This document shows, piece after piece, positions 28,649 through 37,504 of a DNA stretch of 56,928 nucleotides; within the stretch, counting starts at the first letter, position 1; the number at the start of each line of letters is the position of its first letter. Both the position numbers and the translations under genes were made by a program. The notes under the pieces were generated by a model. That model did no database searches and was not told the origin of the DNA. It saw nothing but the letters and a program-made list of their open reading frames with translations. The stretch covers positions 1 to 56,928 of the forward strand of contig VXLT01000318.1 in NCBI GenBank assembly GCA_009841475.1, given 5' to 3'. The stretch is from Gemmatimonadota bacterium. GTDB taxonomy: Bacteria; Gemmatimonadota; Gemmatimonadetes; Longimicrobiales; Gaopeijiaceae.

Positions 28649-29647
28649 ATGCAACTCCCCCCGCAGTCCATCGACCCGAACGTCCCGACCCAGATCCCGG
28701 GAGACCAACTCCAGGACTTCAAGAGCTTCCTGGACGTGGTACTCGACACCGTGATCGGCGGCGCGGCACCCGACGTGCATACGCTCGGGCTCCAGCTCTG
28801 GGGCGGGCTCGCCGCCGTCATGGTCGCGTGGACCGGGCTCAAGATCGCCTACAGCGGCACGTTCCAGCCGTGGTCGCTCGTCAAGCTCGTGATCGGCATC
28901 GCGATCCCCCGCACGCTGCTCCACTACTATGTCGTCCCGATTCCCGGCGTCGGGCTCACGTTCCCGGCCATGATCGCGTCTGGGGGGATCTGGCTCCAGA
29001 ACCTCTTCCTGTCCGACGTGGTGTCGGCTGGCTACACCGAGATGACGGCGCTCGTGCAGGCATACTCCGCGCACCTGAGCGCCGCGTGGTCCACGGGGAA
29101 TCTGCTGTCCATCGTGACCGCGGGCGTCACCGTGATCTTCTCGTCGCTCGTGACGCTGGTGATGGGCGCGTCCCTCGTGTTCTGCCTGCTCGTGCTCTTC
29201 TGCGTGACCTACGCGCAGGTGATCTGGGCACAGGTCGCCATCGCCATCGTGATCCTGCTGGGGCCGGTATTCATCGCGTTCCTGCTCTTCGAGCCGCTCG
29301 CGTTCCTGTTCTGGGGATGGTTCCGGACCCTGATGGTCTACACGCTCTACGGCGTCGTGGCGGGTGCCGTGCTCCGGGTCTTCATGGGCGTGGGGCTCGG
29401 CTACATCACGACCTACGCCGAAGCGCTGATGGGCACCGGCACCGCCGATCCGGCCGAACTCTGGCTCTGGGCCGTGGTGCTGCTTCCGCTCGTCGTCTGC
29501 GGCCTCATGGCCAGCCTCAAGGTGGGCGAACTCGCCGCCATGCTGGTGTCCGGCTCCGGCAATGCCGGGTCGGGGTTCGTGGCCCTCATCATGCGGGGCG
29601 CCGGGGGGGCGGTCGCACCCGCGGGCGGGGCCAAGCCACCCGTCTGA
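28649..29647 (+). CDS. trbL: TrbL/VirB6-family polytopic membrane protein
   Basis: At least 6 hydrophobic segments and a Gly-rich C-terminus (GSGNAGSGFVALIMRGAGGAVAPAGGA). It follows trbJ. Confidence 0.7.
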   Translation: MQLPPQSIDPNVPTQIPGDQLQDFKSFLDVVLDTVIGGAAPDVHTLGLQLWGGLAAVMVAWTGLKIAYSGTFQPWSLVKLVIGIAIPRTLLHYYVVPIPGVGLTFPAMIASGGIWLQNLFLSDVVSAGYTEMTALVQAYSAHLSAAWSTGNLLSIVTAGVTVIFSSLVTLVMGASLVFCLLVLFCVTYAQVIWAQVAIAIVILLGPVFIAFLLFEPLAFLFWGWFRTLMVYTLYGVVAGAVLRVFMGVGLGYITTYAEALMGTGTADPAELWLWAVVLLPLVVCGLMASLKVGELAAMLVSGSGNAGSGFVALIMRGAGGAVAPAGGAKPPV

Positions 29648-29664
29648 GACCCAAGGAGAAGCCA

Positions 29665-30333
29665 ATGAAGAGAGACAGGAGCGCGGGCCGCGAGTACGCA
29701 GAGATCTGGGGAGAGGCGGTGCAGGCGAACCGGAAGCTGCGGAGGATCGTGGTGCTCCTGGCCGCAAGCTGCGTGCTCGGCGTCGTGGTGCTGCTGCGGA
29801 TCGCGGGCGCGGAGCCGCCCCGGCCCATCGTGATCCGGGTCGACGAGGTGGGCCGCGCCGAAGCGCTCGCCTACGAGGCCGCCACCGCGCAGGCAGACCC
29901 GCTCGATCCCACCACCAAGTACTTCCTCAACCGGTTCGTGGACGACTTCCACTCGCGCCGCCGCGCGACCGTCGAGGAGCACTGGACCCGGAGCCTCCGG
30001 TTCCTCTCGACCGACCTCGCCAACGCCGCGTTCCAGAGGGACGGCGGGGACGTGGCCGCCACGGCGGCCGGGACGGCGGAGACGGAAGCCCAGGTCGAGA
30101 ACGTCGTGCTCCGCATCCACCCCTCTCCGGAGCCGCCCCACGGCGCGACCGCCGACTTCGATCTCGTGCACCTGGCCGGAGCACGGGAGGATCGTCGCGA
30201 GCGCTGGTCGCTGACGCTGCGGTTCGAGTTCCTTGAGTCGATCCCCCCCGAGCTTGTCGTCCACAACCCGATGGGCATCCTCATCACCTACCTCCAGGCC
30301 GACCGCGCGCTGGTCACCGGAGAGGAGCGATGA
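29665..30333 (+). CDS. trbF: TrbF/VirB8-family protein
   Basis: Internal ATG of the 738-aa ORF. Single TM segment (IVVLLAASCVLGVVVLL), then an NTF2-like part (TKYFLNRFVDDFHSRR...). Confidence 0.6.
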   Translation: MKRDRSAGREYAEIWGEAVQANRKLRRIVVLLAASCVLGVVVLLRIAGAEPPRPIVIRVDEVGRAEALAYEAATAQADPLDPTTKYFLNRFVDDFHSRRRATVEEHWTRSLRFLSTDLANAAFQRDGGDVAATAAGTAETEAQVENVVLRIHPSPEPPHGATADFDLVHLAGAREDRRERWSLTLRFEFLESIPPELVVHNPMGILITYLQADRALVTGEER

Positions 30334-31271
30334 TCGCGCATCTCAAGGGGCGCGAGAAGGCGCTCAGACCCTTCGGCTGGGCGGGGAAGCAAGCCGAGTG
30401 GATCGCGCTCGTGTGCCTCCACAGCGGCGTGTTCACCCGCGCCCAGTGGGCACGGTTCAATGACGCGCACCCGGAACAGATCCGGCGCGGCGTGCTCGGG
30501 CTGCTCGCCCAGCGAGTCGCCAGCGAGGAGACGGAGCCGGGCCTGGCAGGCATCGGCCGCGTCTGCCGGATCTTCGCCCGCCCGGTCTACCGCGCGCTCG
30601 GGGCCGAGCACATCCGCCACCGCCGCGGCGCCTCGCCCGAGGTGCTGATGCGCCGTCTGCTCTCCCTCGACTACGTGATCGAGCACGCGGATCTGCCCTG
30701 GCTCCCGACGGAGCAGGAGAAGGTCGCGGCGTTCGAGGCGCTTGGGCTAGATCGCTCGCTCCTGCCCGTGCGCGTGTACCGCGGCGCCGCCGGGCATACC
30801 CGCCGCTACTTCCCCGTCAAGCTGCCCGTCGCGCTCGACCCGGCACGTGCCCTGTTCGTCTACGCCGACCCCGGCCACAACACCGCCACCGCGCTTCGCT
30901 CCTGGGGCCGGGCGCACCGCGGTCTGTGGCAGGCGCTCGCAAAGCTGGACCTGTCCGTCGAGGTCGTGGCCGTGGCCCGCACCTCGCGCGAACTCGAGCG
31001 GGCCCGGCGCGTGATCGGCGGCTGGGCCGAGCCCGCCGGCCCCGGAGACCGCGACCCCGGACCAGGGATCCCGGAGGAACTCGCCCGGATCGAACGTGCC
31101 ATCGTCGAGGGTGCGGTCGATGTCCTCGACGAGTTCGGCGGCCTCCAGGCCGCCCTAAAGCGCAGCATCGAACTTGAAGCCCAGGCGCGCCGGCAGGAGG
31201 CCGGGCGCGGGTCGATCCACCGCGCCGCCGAATGGCGCACCGCGCGCCTCAACGGGGTCCGTTTCCGGTGA
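30330..31271 (+). CDS. Hypothetical protein, possibly replication-relaxation (Replic_Relax)-like
   Basis: N-terminal wHTH-like segment (QAEWIALVCLHSGVFTRAQWARF) and a later LFVYADPG block. Weak resemblance only. ATGA overlap with trbF. Confidence 0.35.
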   Translation: MIAHLKGREKALRPFGWAGKQAEWIALVCLHSGVFTRAQWARFNDAHPEQIRRGVLGLLAQRVASEETEPGLAGIGRVCRIFARPVYRALGAEHIRHRRGASPEVLMRRLLSLDYVIEHADLPWLPTEQEKVAAFEALGLDRSLLPVRVYRGAAGHTRRYFPVKLPVALDPARALFVYADPGHNTATALRSWGRAHRGLWQALAKLDLSVEVVAVARTSRELERARRVIGGWAEPAGPGDRDPGPGIPEELARIERAIVEGAVDVLDEFGGLQAALKRSIELEAQARRQEAGRGSIHRAAEWRTARLNGVRFR

Positions 31272-31563
31272 CCGGCCTGCGTGCTATGCCGCACTGCGGC
31301 GTGAAAACGACGCGGGGGGTCGTTTCACGACACAGCGTCCCGTCGGTTCACGCCGGACGTTCCGCCTATACGCTTGCGCGGTATTGTGTTGCGGCCTCGC
31401 GGCCCGCCCGTTCGTTGCCGGACGGGCCGCATCGGCCGTGGCGGGAGCGACCCCCCTCGCCGAAGGCTCGGTACGGCATAGCGGCGAGTGTGTTTTCACA
31501 CCCTCGCCCCCATGCCTGGGTCGCTCCCGCACCATCGATCCCTCCGGGAAGGGTGTCCGGTCC
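31272..31563 (+). promoter_or_regulatory. Hairpin-rich intergenic region, candidate oriT
   Basis: Hairpin GTGAAAACGAC-gcggggg-GTCGTTTCAC at 31301-31328. CGGCCCG...CGGGCCG around 31405-31435. GGCGAGTGTGTTTTCACACCCTCGCC around 31483-31508. The 8-mer GTGAAAAC (or its complement) occurs twice exactly (31301, 31492), plus a one-base-shorter complement copy (CGTTTCAC) in the 3' arm of the first hairpin. Confidence 0.3.
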
Positions 31564-33606
31564 GTGAGGCCGTGGACGCTCGTCCTCATCGGAATCGCGC
31601 TCATCGCGCTCGCCTGGCGCGCGTTCCTCGCGCCGTTTCCCGGTCCGGGCGGCAACCCGTACCTCGACCTGATTGCCGACCGCGATCCGGGCCTGCACCG
31701 GGCGATCCACGCCTGGCACTTTCTCGCGCCCGGCGTCGCCGTGCTCCTGGCCGGGTCGATCGCGCTGTCGGTCTCGCGCGTCTGGCTCCAGCCGCGGAGC
31801 GGGAGCGGAGCCCAGGGAAGACTTCCGGACTGGCCCGCGTCGCCCGACGACAACGCGCCCTCGCTGGTGATCGGCGAGCTCCACCATCCGACCGTCGCCG
31901 AGGAGGCCGAGCGGCCGTCCTGGCTCGTCATCCCAGAGAAGGGGCTCTACACCGGCATGCTCGTCGTCGGGGCCGTCGGCACCGGCAAGACGACCGCCTG
32001 CATGTACCCGTTCGCCCGTCAGCTGCTCTCCTGGCAGGCCGGCGATCCGGGCCGCCGCGCGGGCGCGCTCGTGCTCGAAGTCAAAGGGGACTTCTGCCAC
32101 CAGGTGCGGAGCATCCTGAAGGACGCCGAACGGGAGGACGACTACCTCGAGATCGGGCTCGGCGGCTCGCTCCAGTGGAACCCGCTCGACGATCCGCTGC
32201 TCGACTCCTACTCCATGGCCTACGGCGTGGCCTCGCTCATCAACCAGCTCTTCGGGAAGTCCCGCGAGCCGTTCTGGCAACAGGCGTACACGAACCTCGT
32301 GCGATGGATCGTCGAGCTGCACCGGCTCCTGCCGGGGAGCTGGGTGACGCTCCGCGACGTGTACCGCTGCACGGTCGACGCGGAGCTGTTCGCCAACAGG
32401 ATCGGCGAGGCCAAGGCGCAGGCGCTGCGGCTGTGTCCCATGCGGGCCGTCATCGCGGCGAAGGATCTGACCGCGCACAAGAAGGCGCTCGGCGACCGGG
32501 AGTGGGACATGGCGCCGGGCGCCGCACGGGTCACGTGCCGCCTCGACGCCGATCTCGGAACGCTGCTCGAGAAGCTGAAGGTCGAGTACCGGACGGAGCC
32601 GCGGGGCACCGGCGCGGGCCGCGAGTTCGCCGAGCAGGTGCAGGCGATCGAACGCTGGTACCTGCACGACTGGATGGCGCTCGACGCCAAGCTGCGCACC
32701 TCGATCGTCGAGGGGATCAGCGTGTTCCTCTCGCTCTTTGACCAGCCCGAGGTCGCCGGCGTCTTCTGCCCGCCGCCGCCGACCGGCGACGACTCCCAGC
32801 CAACCGGGACAGACGTCGCCCAGGCTGAGGAAGAGGCACCGGATGTCCAGCCCATGCCTGGGCTCCGCCGGAGGCTGCCGCCGCTCAGCGACCTAATCGA
32901 GGGCGGCAGGGTGCTCGCGCTCAACATGCCCGCTGGCGCAAACCCGGCGCTGGCCCGCGCCATCGGGGTGCTGCTCAAGAACGCCTGGATGCAGGCGCTG
33001 CTCCGGCGGCCCGCGGAGGCCGCCCGGCGGCCCGACCGCTACATGCGGCCCGCCGTGTTCATCTGCGACGAGTACCAAGCGTTCGCGACCGTGGGCCAGG
33101 ACGACCCTTCCGGGGATGAGAAGGCGTTCGCGCTGACCCGGCAGTGCCGGTGCGTGCCGCTGGTGGCCACGCAGTCGATCTCGTCGCTCCGCTCCGTGCT
33201 CCCCTCGGGCGAGGCGTGGCGAACGCTCGTCCAGACGCTCCGCACGCGGATTTTCCTGTCGCTGTCGGACGAGGCCTCGGCCAAGATCGCATCCGAGATG
33301 TGCGGCAGCGTCATGAAGACGCAGGCCTCCTACACGTTCACCGAGACGACGGGGAGGCCCGAGTTCTCGCTGCTGTCCGGCCGAGCCGGCGGCGGGCGCG
33401 GCACCATCGGCGCGAGCAAGTCGTTTCGCCGGTCCCGCGAGCCCGTGTTCACGCCGCGCGAGTTCGCGCTGCTCGCCAACTACCAGGCGGTCTGCCTGCC
33501 CTACAACGGCGTCAGGTCGCTTCCGGCGACGCGCGTCTACCTCAAGCCCCACTACCTGCCGAGGACCCACGGCTACTGGCGTCAGCGCGAGGAGGGCCGG
33601 ATATGA
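31564..33606 (+). CDS. Type IV coupling protein (TraG/TraD/VirD4-like ATPase); start uncertain
   Basis: Two N-terminal TM segments (WTLVLIGIALIALAW, FLAPGVAVLLAGSIALSV). Walker A MLVVGAVGTGKTTACM. Walker B PAVFICDEYQAF. I chose GTG 31564, after GGGAAGGG, over the upstream ATG at 31174. Confidence 0.75.
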   Translation: MRPWTLVLIGIALIALAWRAFLAPFPGPGGNPYLDLIADRDPGLHRAIHAWHFLAPGVAVLLAGSIALSVSRVWLQPRSGSGAQGRLPDWPASPDDNAPSLVIGELHHPTVAEEAERPSWLVIPEKGLYTGMLVVGAVGTGKTTACMYPFARQLLSWQAGDPGRRAGALVLEVKGDFCHQVRSILKDAEREDDYLEIGLGGSLQWNPLDDPLLDSYSMAYGVASLINQLFGKSREPFWQQAYTNLVRWIVELHRLLPGSWVTLRDVYRCTVDAELFANRIGEAKAQALRLCPMRAVIAAKDLTAHKKALGDREWDMAPGAARVTCRLDADLGTLLEKLKVEYRTEPRGTGAGREFAEQVQAIERWYLHDWMALDAKLRTSIVEGISVFLSLFDQPEVAGVFCPPPPTGDDSQPTGTDVAQAEEEAPDVQPMPGLRRRLPPLSDLIEGGRVLALNMPAGANPALARAIGVLLKNAWMQALLRRPAEAARRPDRYMRPAVFICDEYQAFATVGQDDPSGDEKAFALTRQCRCVPLVATQSISSLRSVLPSGEAWRTLVQTLRTRIFLSLSDEASAKIASEMCGSVMKTQASYTFTETTGRPEFSLLSGRAGGGRGTIGASKSFRRSREPVFTPREFALLANYQAVCLPYNGVRSLPATRVYLKPHYLPRTHGYWRQREEGRI

Positions 33607-34613
33607 AGCGCGCGAGCGGGGTCGGCCACCTCACTCCGTTCCTGCCGGGCCTCGAGCGGCTGCTCGGGGACCCAGAGGTCTCCGAGATCATGATCAACGG
33701 ACCCGGCAACGTCTGGGTCGAGAGAGGCGGGCGCCTCGAACCCTACGAGGCACCCAACCTCACCGCGGCCTGGCTCCACCGCGCGGCCATCCACATCGCG
33801 CGGCCGCTCGGACTCGATCCGGCCGCACGGCCGATCCTGGACGCCCGCCTCGACGACGGCTCCCGGGTCGCCATCTGCACCCCACCCGCGGCTCCCGAGG
33901 TCGCCATAACCATCCGCCGGTTCGGGGGCCGGGCGTTCTCGGCCGAGGACCTGGTGCGCCTGGGCTCGCTGCCTGAAGACATCCTCGAAGCCGCCCGGAA
34001 CACGCTTGCGTCACGCCAGAACATCCTCGTCTCCGGCGGCACGGGCTCCGGCAAGACCACGCTGCTCAACGCCTTGATCGAACTGTTGCCGGAGGGCGAG
34101 CGGATCGTCGCGATCGAGGACACGCTCGAACTCAGGATCGACCGGGCGAACTGCGTCCGGTTCGAGGCCGGGGCCACGCCGTCCGAGACGCCCGTCGAGA
34201 TCCGGGACCTGGTGCGCCACGCGCTCCGCCACCGGCCCGACCACATCGTCGTCGGCGAGGTCCGGGGCGGCGAGGCCGCCGACCTGCTGCAGGCCCTCAA
34301 CACCGGCCACGGCGGATCGCTCACCACCATCCACGCCAACAACGCGCGCTCCGCGCTCTCGCGGCTCGCCAGCTGCGCCATGCAGGCCGGCGACGCGCTG
34401 CCTTGGGAGGTGACCTGCCGGGGCGTCGTCGACGGGATCGCGCTCGTCCTGCACGTGGCCCGCCGCGGCGGGCGGCGGTTCGTCGAGGACGCGCTCGAGG
34501 TCGGCGGCTACGACGCGGCCACCGGCCACTGGATCACCGGGCCGCCGGAAGCGGCCCCGGGACTGAGCCGGGGAGAAGAAGCCACACACCAACCGAAGGA
34601 GGTGAACCCATGA
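33603..34613 (+). CDS. trbB: TrbB/VirB11-family secretion ATPase
   Basis: EIMINGPGNVWVER. Walker A ILVSGGTGSGKTTLLNAL. IVVGEVRGGEAADLLQALNTGHGGSLTTIHAN. ATGA overlap with the coupling-protein gene. Confidence 0.85.
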   Translation: MKRASGVGHLTPFLPGLERLLGDPEVSEIMINGPGNVWVERGGRLEPYEAPNLTAAWLHRAAIHIARPLGLDPAARPILDARLDDGSRVAICTPPAAPEVAITIRRFGGRAFSAEDLVRLGSLPEDILEAARNTLASRQNILVSGGTGSGKTTLLNALIELLPEGERIVAIEDTLELRIDRANCVRFEAGATPSETPVEIRDLVRHALRHRPDHIVVGEVRGGEAADLLQALNTGHGGSLTTIHANNARSALSRLASCAMQAGDALPWEVTCRGVVDGIALVLHVARRGGRRFVEDALEVGGYDAATGHWITGPPEAAPGLSRGEEATHQPKEVNP

Positions 34614-34807
34614 CCTGGAACGGCAGCACCATCCCCATCGAGACGTTCGAGGACTTCGACCGCGAGCTCGCGCGCGACAGCGGCGATACGCTCGAGGTCT
34701 CGGCGTACATGGCCGAGCAGTACGGCCTCTTCCCCGAGGACGTGGGGAGCGAGGACGAGATCGCGGCCGCCTGGGGCGACCCGCACGGCGAGGAGGTGGA
34801 TCGATGA
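34610..34807 (+). CDS. Small, strongly acidic hypothetical protein (65 aa)
   Basis: MTWNGSTIPIETFEDFDRELARDSGDTLEVSAYMAEQYGLFPEDVGSEDEIAAAWGDPHGEEVDR. Overlap-coupled to both trbB (ATGA) and ardC (ATGA). Confidence 0.55.
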   Translation: MTWNGSTIPIETFEDFDRELARDSGDTLEVSAYMAEQYGLFPEDVGSEDEIAAAWGDPHGEEVDR

Positions 34808-35853
34808 ACCACGACGAATACCACCGCAAGTTCGCCGACGCGATCATCGAGCAGATCAGGAAGGGCACCGCGCCCTGGCAGAAGCCGTGGGCGCCGGGCG
34901 AGCGCGTGATGCCCATGAACGTGGACACCGACCGCTCCTACCGGGGCGGCAACAGCCTGCACCTCGCCTCCGTCCAGCAGGAGCAGGGCTACGGCGACGT
35001 GCGCTGGGGCACCTACCGCCAGATCCAGGCCCGGGGCGGACAGGTCAGGAAGGGCGAGCGCGGCACCCGCATCCTCTCCTTCCAGGACAAGAAGCGGATC
35101 GCCGTCACCGACGCGCAGGGCAAGCCCAGGCGGGACGCCGAGGGCAAGAAGGTCTACCGCTACGAGAAGCTCAAGGCGCCGTTCGTGCGCCAGTACACGG
35201 TGTTCAACGCCGAGCAGGCCGACGGGCTGCCCGAGCGCTCGAACCCGACGCCCGAGCCGCTCTGGAAGGTGCACCAGGAGGCCGAGCGGGTCATGGAGGA
35301 TGTCGGCGTGCCGGTCCGCCACGTCCAGGGCGACCGCGCCTACTACCACATGAAGCGCGACGAGATCGTGCTGCCCGAGCGCGGGCAGTTCCCGTCGGCC
35401 AACAACTACTACCAGACAGCGCTCCACGAGCTGGGCCACAGCACCGGCCACCCCGAGCGGATGAACCGCGAGACGCTCGCCGAAGGGATCAAGAACGGGT
35501 TCGGATCGCCTGACTACGCCCGCGAGGAACTCCGGGCAGAGATCAGCGCCATGATGACCGGCGAGCGCGTGGGCGTCGGGCACGACCCGAGCCGGGGCGC
35601 GGCCTACGTCGAGGGCTGGATCCAGGCGCTCGAGGAGGATCCGCGCGAGATCCGGCGCGCCGCCGCCGACGCGCAGAGGATGTCCGACTACGTGCTCGCG
35701 CGGCACATCGAGCGCGGGCAGGCGCGGGAGAGTGCGGGCGCCACGCGGGAGCCCATGGCCGTGGCCGCGACCCGCACGCCCGGGTTCCAGCGGATCCAGG
35801 TGCCCGTGCCGCAGATCCCGACGCCCCGGCGCGGCGCCGGGCCGAGCCGCTGA
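34804..35853 (+). CDS. ardC: ArdC-like antirestriction protein (ssDNA-binding N-domain plus zincin metalloprotease domain)
   Basis: N-terminus FADAIIEQIRKGTAPWQKPW...YRGGNSLHL...WGTYRQIQARGGQVRKGERGT. C-terminal HExxH motif ALHELGHSTGHPERMNR. Confidence 0.85.
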   Translation: MNHDEYHRKFADAIIEQIRKGTAPWQKPWAPGERVMPMNVDTDRSYRGGNSLHLASVQQEQGYGDVRWGTYRQIQARGGQVRKGERGTRILSFQDKKRIAVTDAQGKPRRDAEGKKVYRYEKLKAPFVRQYTVFNAEQADGLPERSNPTPEPLWKVHQEAERVMEDVGVPVRHVQGDRAYYHMKRDEIVLPERGQFPSANNYYQTALHELGHSTGHPERMNRETLAEGIKNGFGSPDYAREELRAEISAMMTGERVGVGHDPSRGAAYVEGWIQALEEDPREIRRAAADAQRMSDYVLARHIERGQARESAGATREPMAVAATRTPGFQRIQVPVPQIPTPRRGAGPSR

Positions 35854-35860
35854 CAGGCGG

Positions 35861-36766
35861 ATGAGAGGGAGGGAGACGTTCGGCCGAACGGGCGGACGAC
35901 CGGACCCGCGCCCCGCCGCGCCAACCAGCCGCAATCCCCGCCGGATGCGGGACGGCCACCGCCGAGAATACGCCGCGGGCCGGGAGCGCGGGTCCATCTC
36001 CTTCCCCGAACGGTGCGCCGGGGCGCTGGCCGACATCGGCGTCCACGGCGCGGTGTCTTTCCGCGACCTGGCCGAGGCCCGGTTCGGCGGGCACCCCTAC
36101 ACCACGCGGCGGGCCGTGGACCTGTGGATCCGGGACGGCCTCGTCACGGAGACCACGGCCACGGGGCCGAACGGCAACCCGTTCAAGGTCCTCACCCTCA
36201 CGCCCGCGGGCGTGGGTGACGCACGGAAGCTCGCCGCAGAGCGGGGAATGGATCCGGGGCAGCGGATCGACATTCCCCGAGTCCGTTCGGAACAGGCCAG
36301 CCACGACACGGCAGTCTACCGCGCCACCTGGAAGGAACGGCAGCGGCTGCGCAGCCAGCGCGCCACGATGCGGCGCGTCCGGCTCGACACCGAACTCAGA
36401 AGCGCCGTCGCGCGAGGGAGCGAGTCGGCGCGGAAGAAGGACGGCAAGCGGGCCGCCGACGCCGAGCGGCACCGCATCGCCCATGAACTCGGGCTCCCCG
36501 TCGACGACGAGGGCAGCGTGCTCTACCCGGACGCTCAGATCGAGTACACCGACGCCGAGGGGCGCACCGGGCGCGTCAACGTCGAAGCCGTCTCCGGCGA
36601 CTACCGCGAACCGGCCGTCCGGGCCAAGGCGGCCGCCGGGTTCGCGATACGCGCCAGCGGGTCCGCCGCGGCGGCGCTCCTCGGCCGAATCGGCCTGAGC
36701 GCCGGCGAAGACGGCTCCTGGCTCAGGGGTCCGGCCGACCGCGATCCCGCGTCCGTCGAACTCTGA
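35861..36766 (+). CDS. Replication-relaxation (Replic_Relax)-like protein; start uncertain
   Basis: wHTH-like segment FRDLAEARFGGHPYTTRRAVDLWIRDGLV. FKVLTLTPAGV. HDTAVY. LYPDAQIEYTDAEGRTGRVNVEAVSGDY, which is the PD..E-type block of this family. Confidence 0.45.
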   Translation: MRGRETFGRTGGRPDPRPAAPTSRNPRRMRDGHRREYAAGRERGSISFPERCAGALADIGVHGAVSFRDLAEARFGGHPYTTRRAVDLWIRDGLVTETTATGPNGNPFKVLTLTPAGVGDARKLAAERGMDPGQRIDIPRVRSEQASHDTAVYRATWKERQRLRSQRATMRRVRLDTELRSAVARGSESARKKDGKRAADAERHRIAHELGLPVDDEGSVLYPDAQIEYTDAEGRTGRVNVEAVSGDYREPAVRAKAAAGFAIRASGSAAAALLGRIGLSAGEDGSWLRGPADRDPASVEL

Positions 36767-36793
36767 CGGCCCCACGATCAGGGAAGGACCCCC

Positions 36794-37108
36794 ATGCAAC
36801 CGTGGAGAATCAGCGCGGGACTCACTGCCGCCCTGGCTGGGTGCATCCTGCTCCTCGGGGGACCGCGGCTCCACTACCTCGGCCCGTTCTGGCCGCAGAT
36901 CCTCGCCGAGCACGGTCTCGGGCTCGCGCTGCACCTCGCGCTCGCGCTCGCCGCCGTCGCGGCCGGCATCTACGCCGCCGCCCGAACCACCGGGCTCGCC
37001 GACCTCGGCAGCCGCGTCGGTCTCGCCGAACGGTCCGTCCGGCGCGGCGAGGGGGATCCCGACCTCACCGACGCCCTCCGCAGGGACGCCGAGGGCGACT
37101 GGAAGTGA
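36794..37108 (+). CDS. Small membrane protein (104 aa)
   Basis: RBS GGGAAGGA. Three hydrophobic segments (LTAALAGCILLLGG, GLGLALHLALALAAVAAGIYAAA). Confidence 0.5.
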   Translation: MQPWRISAGLTAALAGCILLLGGPRLHYLGPFWPQILAEHGLGLALHLALALAAVAAGIYAAARTTGLADLGSRVGLAERSVRRGEGDPDLTDALRRDAEGDWK

Positions 37109-37114
37109 ACGCGC

Positions 37115-37504
37115 ATGAATGACCGCACCTCCGTCAAGGCGCTGCCCGGCATCTGGCGCAGGCGCGCCAAGGCGCTCCGGCGCTACGGCAGCGAGCCCCC
37201 TGCCATCGCGCTGGAACGATGCGCCGCCGAACTCGAGGACACCATCGCCGAGAGGGACGAGACCACGTTCTCGCTGGTCGAGGCCTCCCGCGAAAGCGGA
37301 TACTCCGCCGACCACCTCGGACGCCTCGTGCGCGACGGCAAGATCCCGAACGCCGGACGGCCCGGCGCGCCCAGGATCGCGCGCAGGCACCTGCCGCGGA
37401 AGGCTCACGCGCCCGCCGCGCCGCGACTGGCGCAGAAGCGGCGATCTGGCGAGTTTTCGAATGCGCAGATCGTGCAGTCCATCATCGAGAAGGGAATCGA
37501 ATGA
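37115..37504 (+). CDS. HTH DNA-binding protein, excisionase-like by position
   Basis: FSLVEASRESGYSADHLGRLVRDGKIPNAG resembles an Xis/MerR-type HTH. Its stop overlaps the integrase start (ATGATG). Confidence 0.5.
   Translation: MNDRTSVKALPGIWRRRAKALRRYGSEPPAIALERCAAELEDTIAERDETTFSLVEASRESGYSADHLGRLVRDGKIPNAGRPGAPRIARRHLPRKAHAPAAPRLAQKRRSGEFSNAQIVQSIIEKGIE

Noticed and set aside
28117-30333. 738-aa ORF spanning trbJ, trbL and trbF. Likewise the long N-terminal extensions of the ORFs starting at 22405, 22952, 24898, 26409, 31174, 33144, 34403, 35732, 37219, 44303, 51959 and 53112.
   Set aside because: Only the C-terminal parts have family motifs, signal peptides or RBSs. The extensions overlap upstream genes in another frame and are Arg-rich. 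I re-called internal starts, often ATGA/GTGA overlaps.
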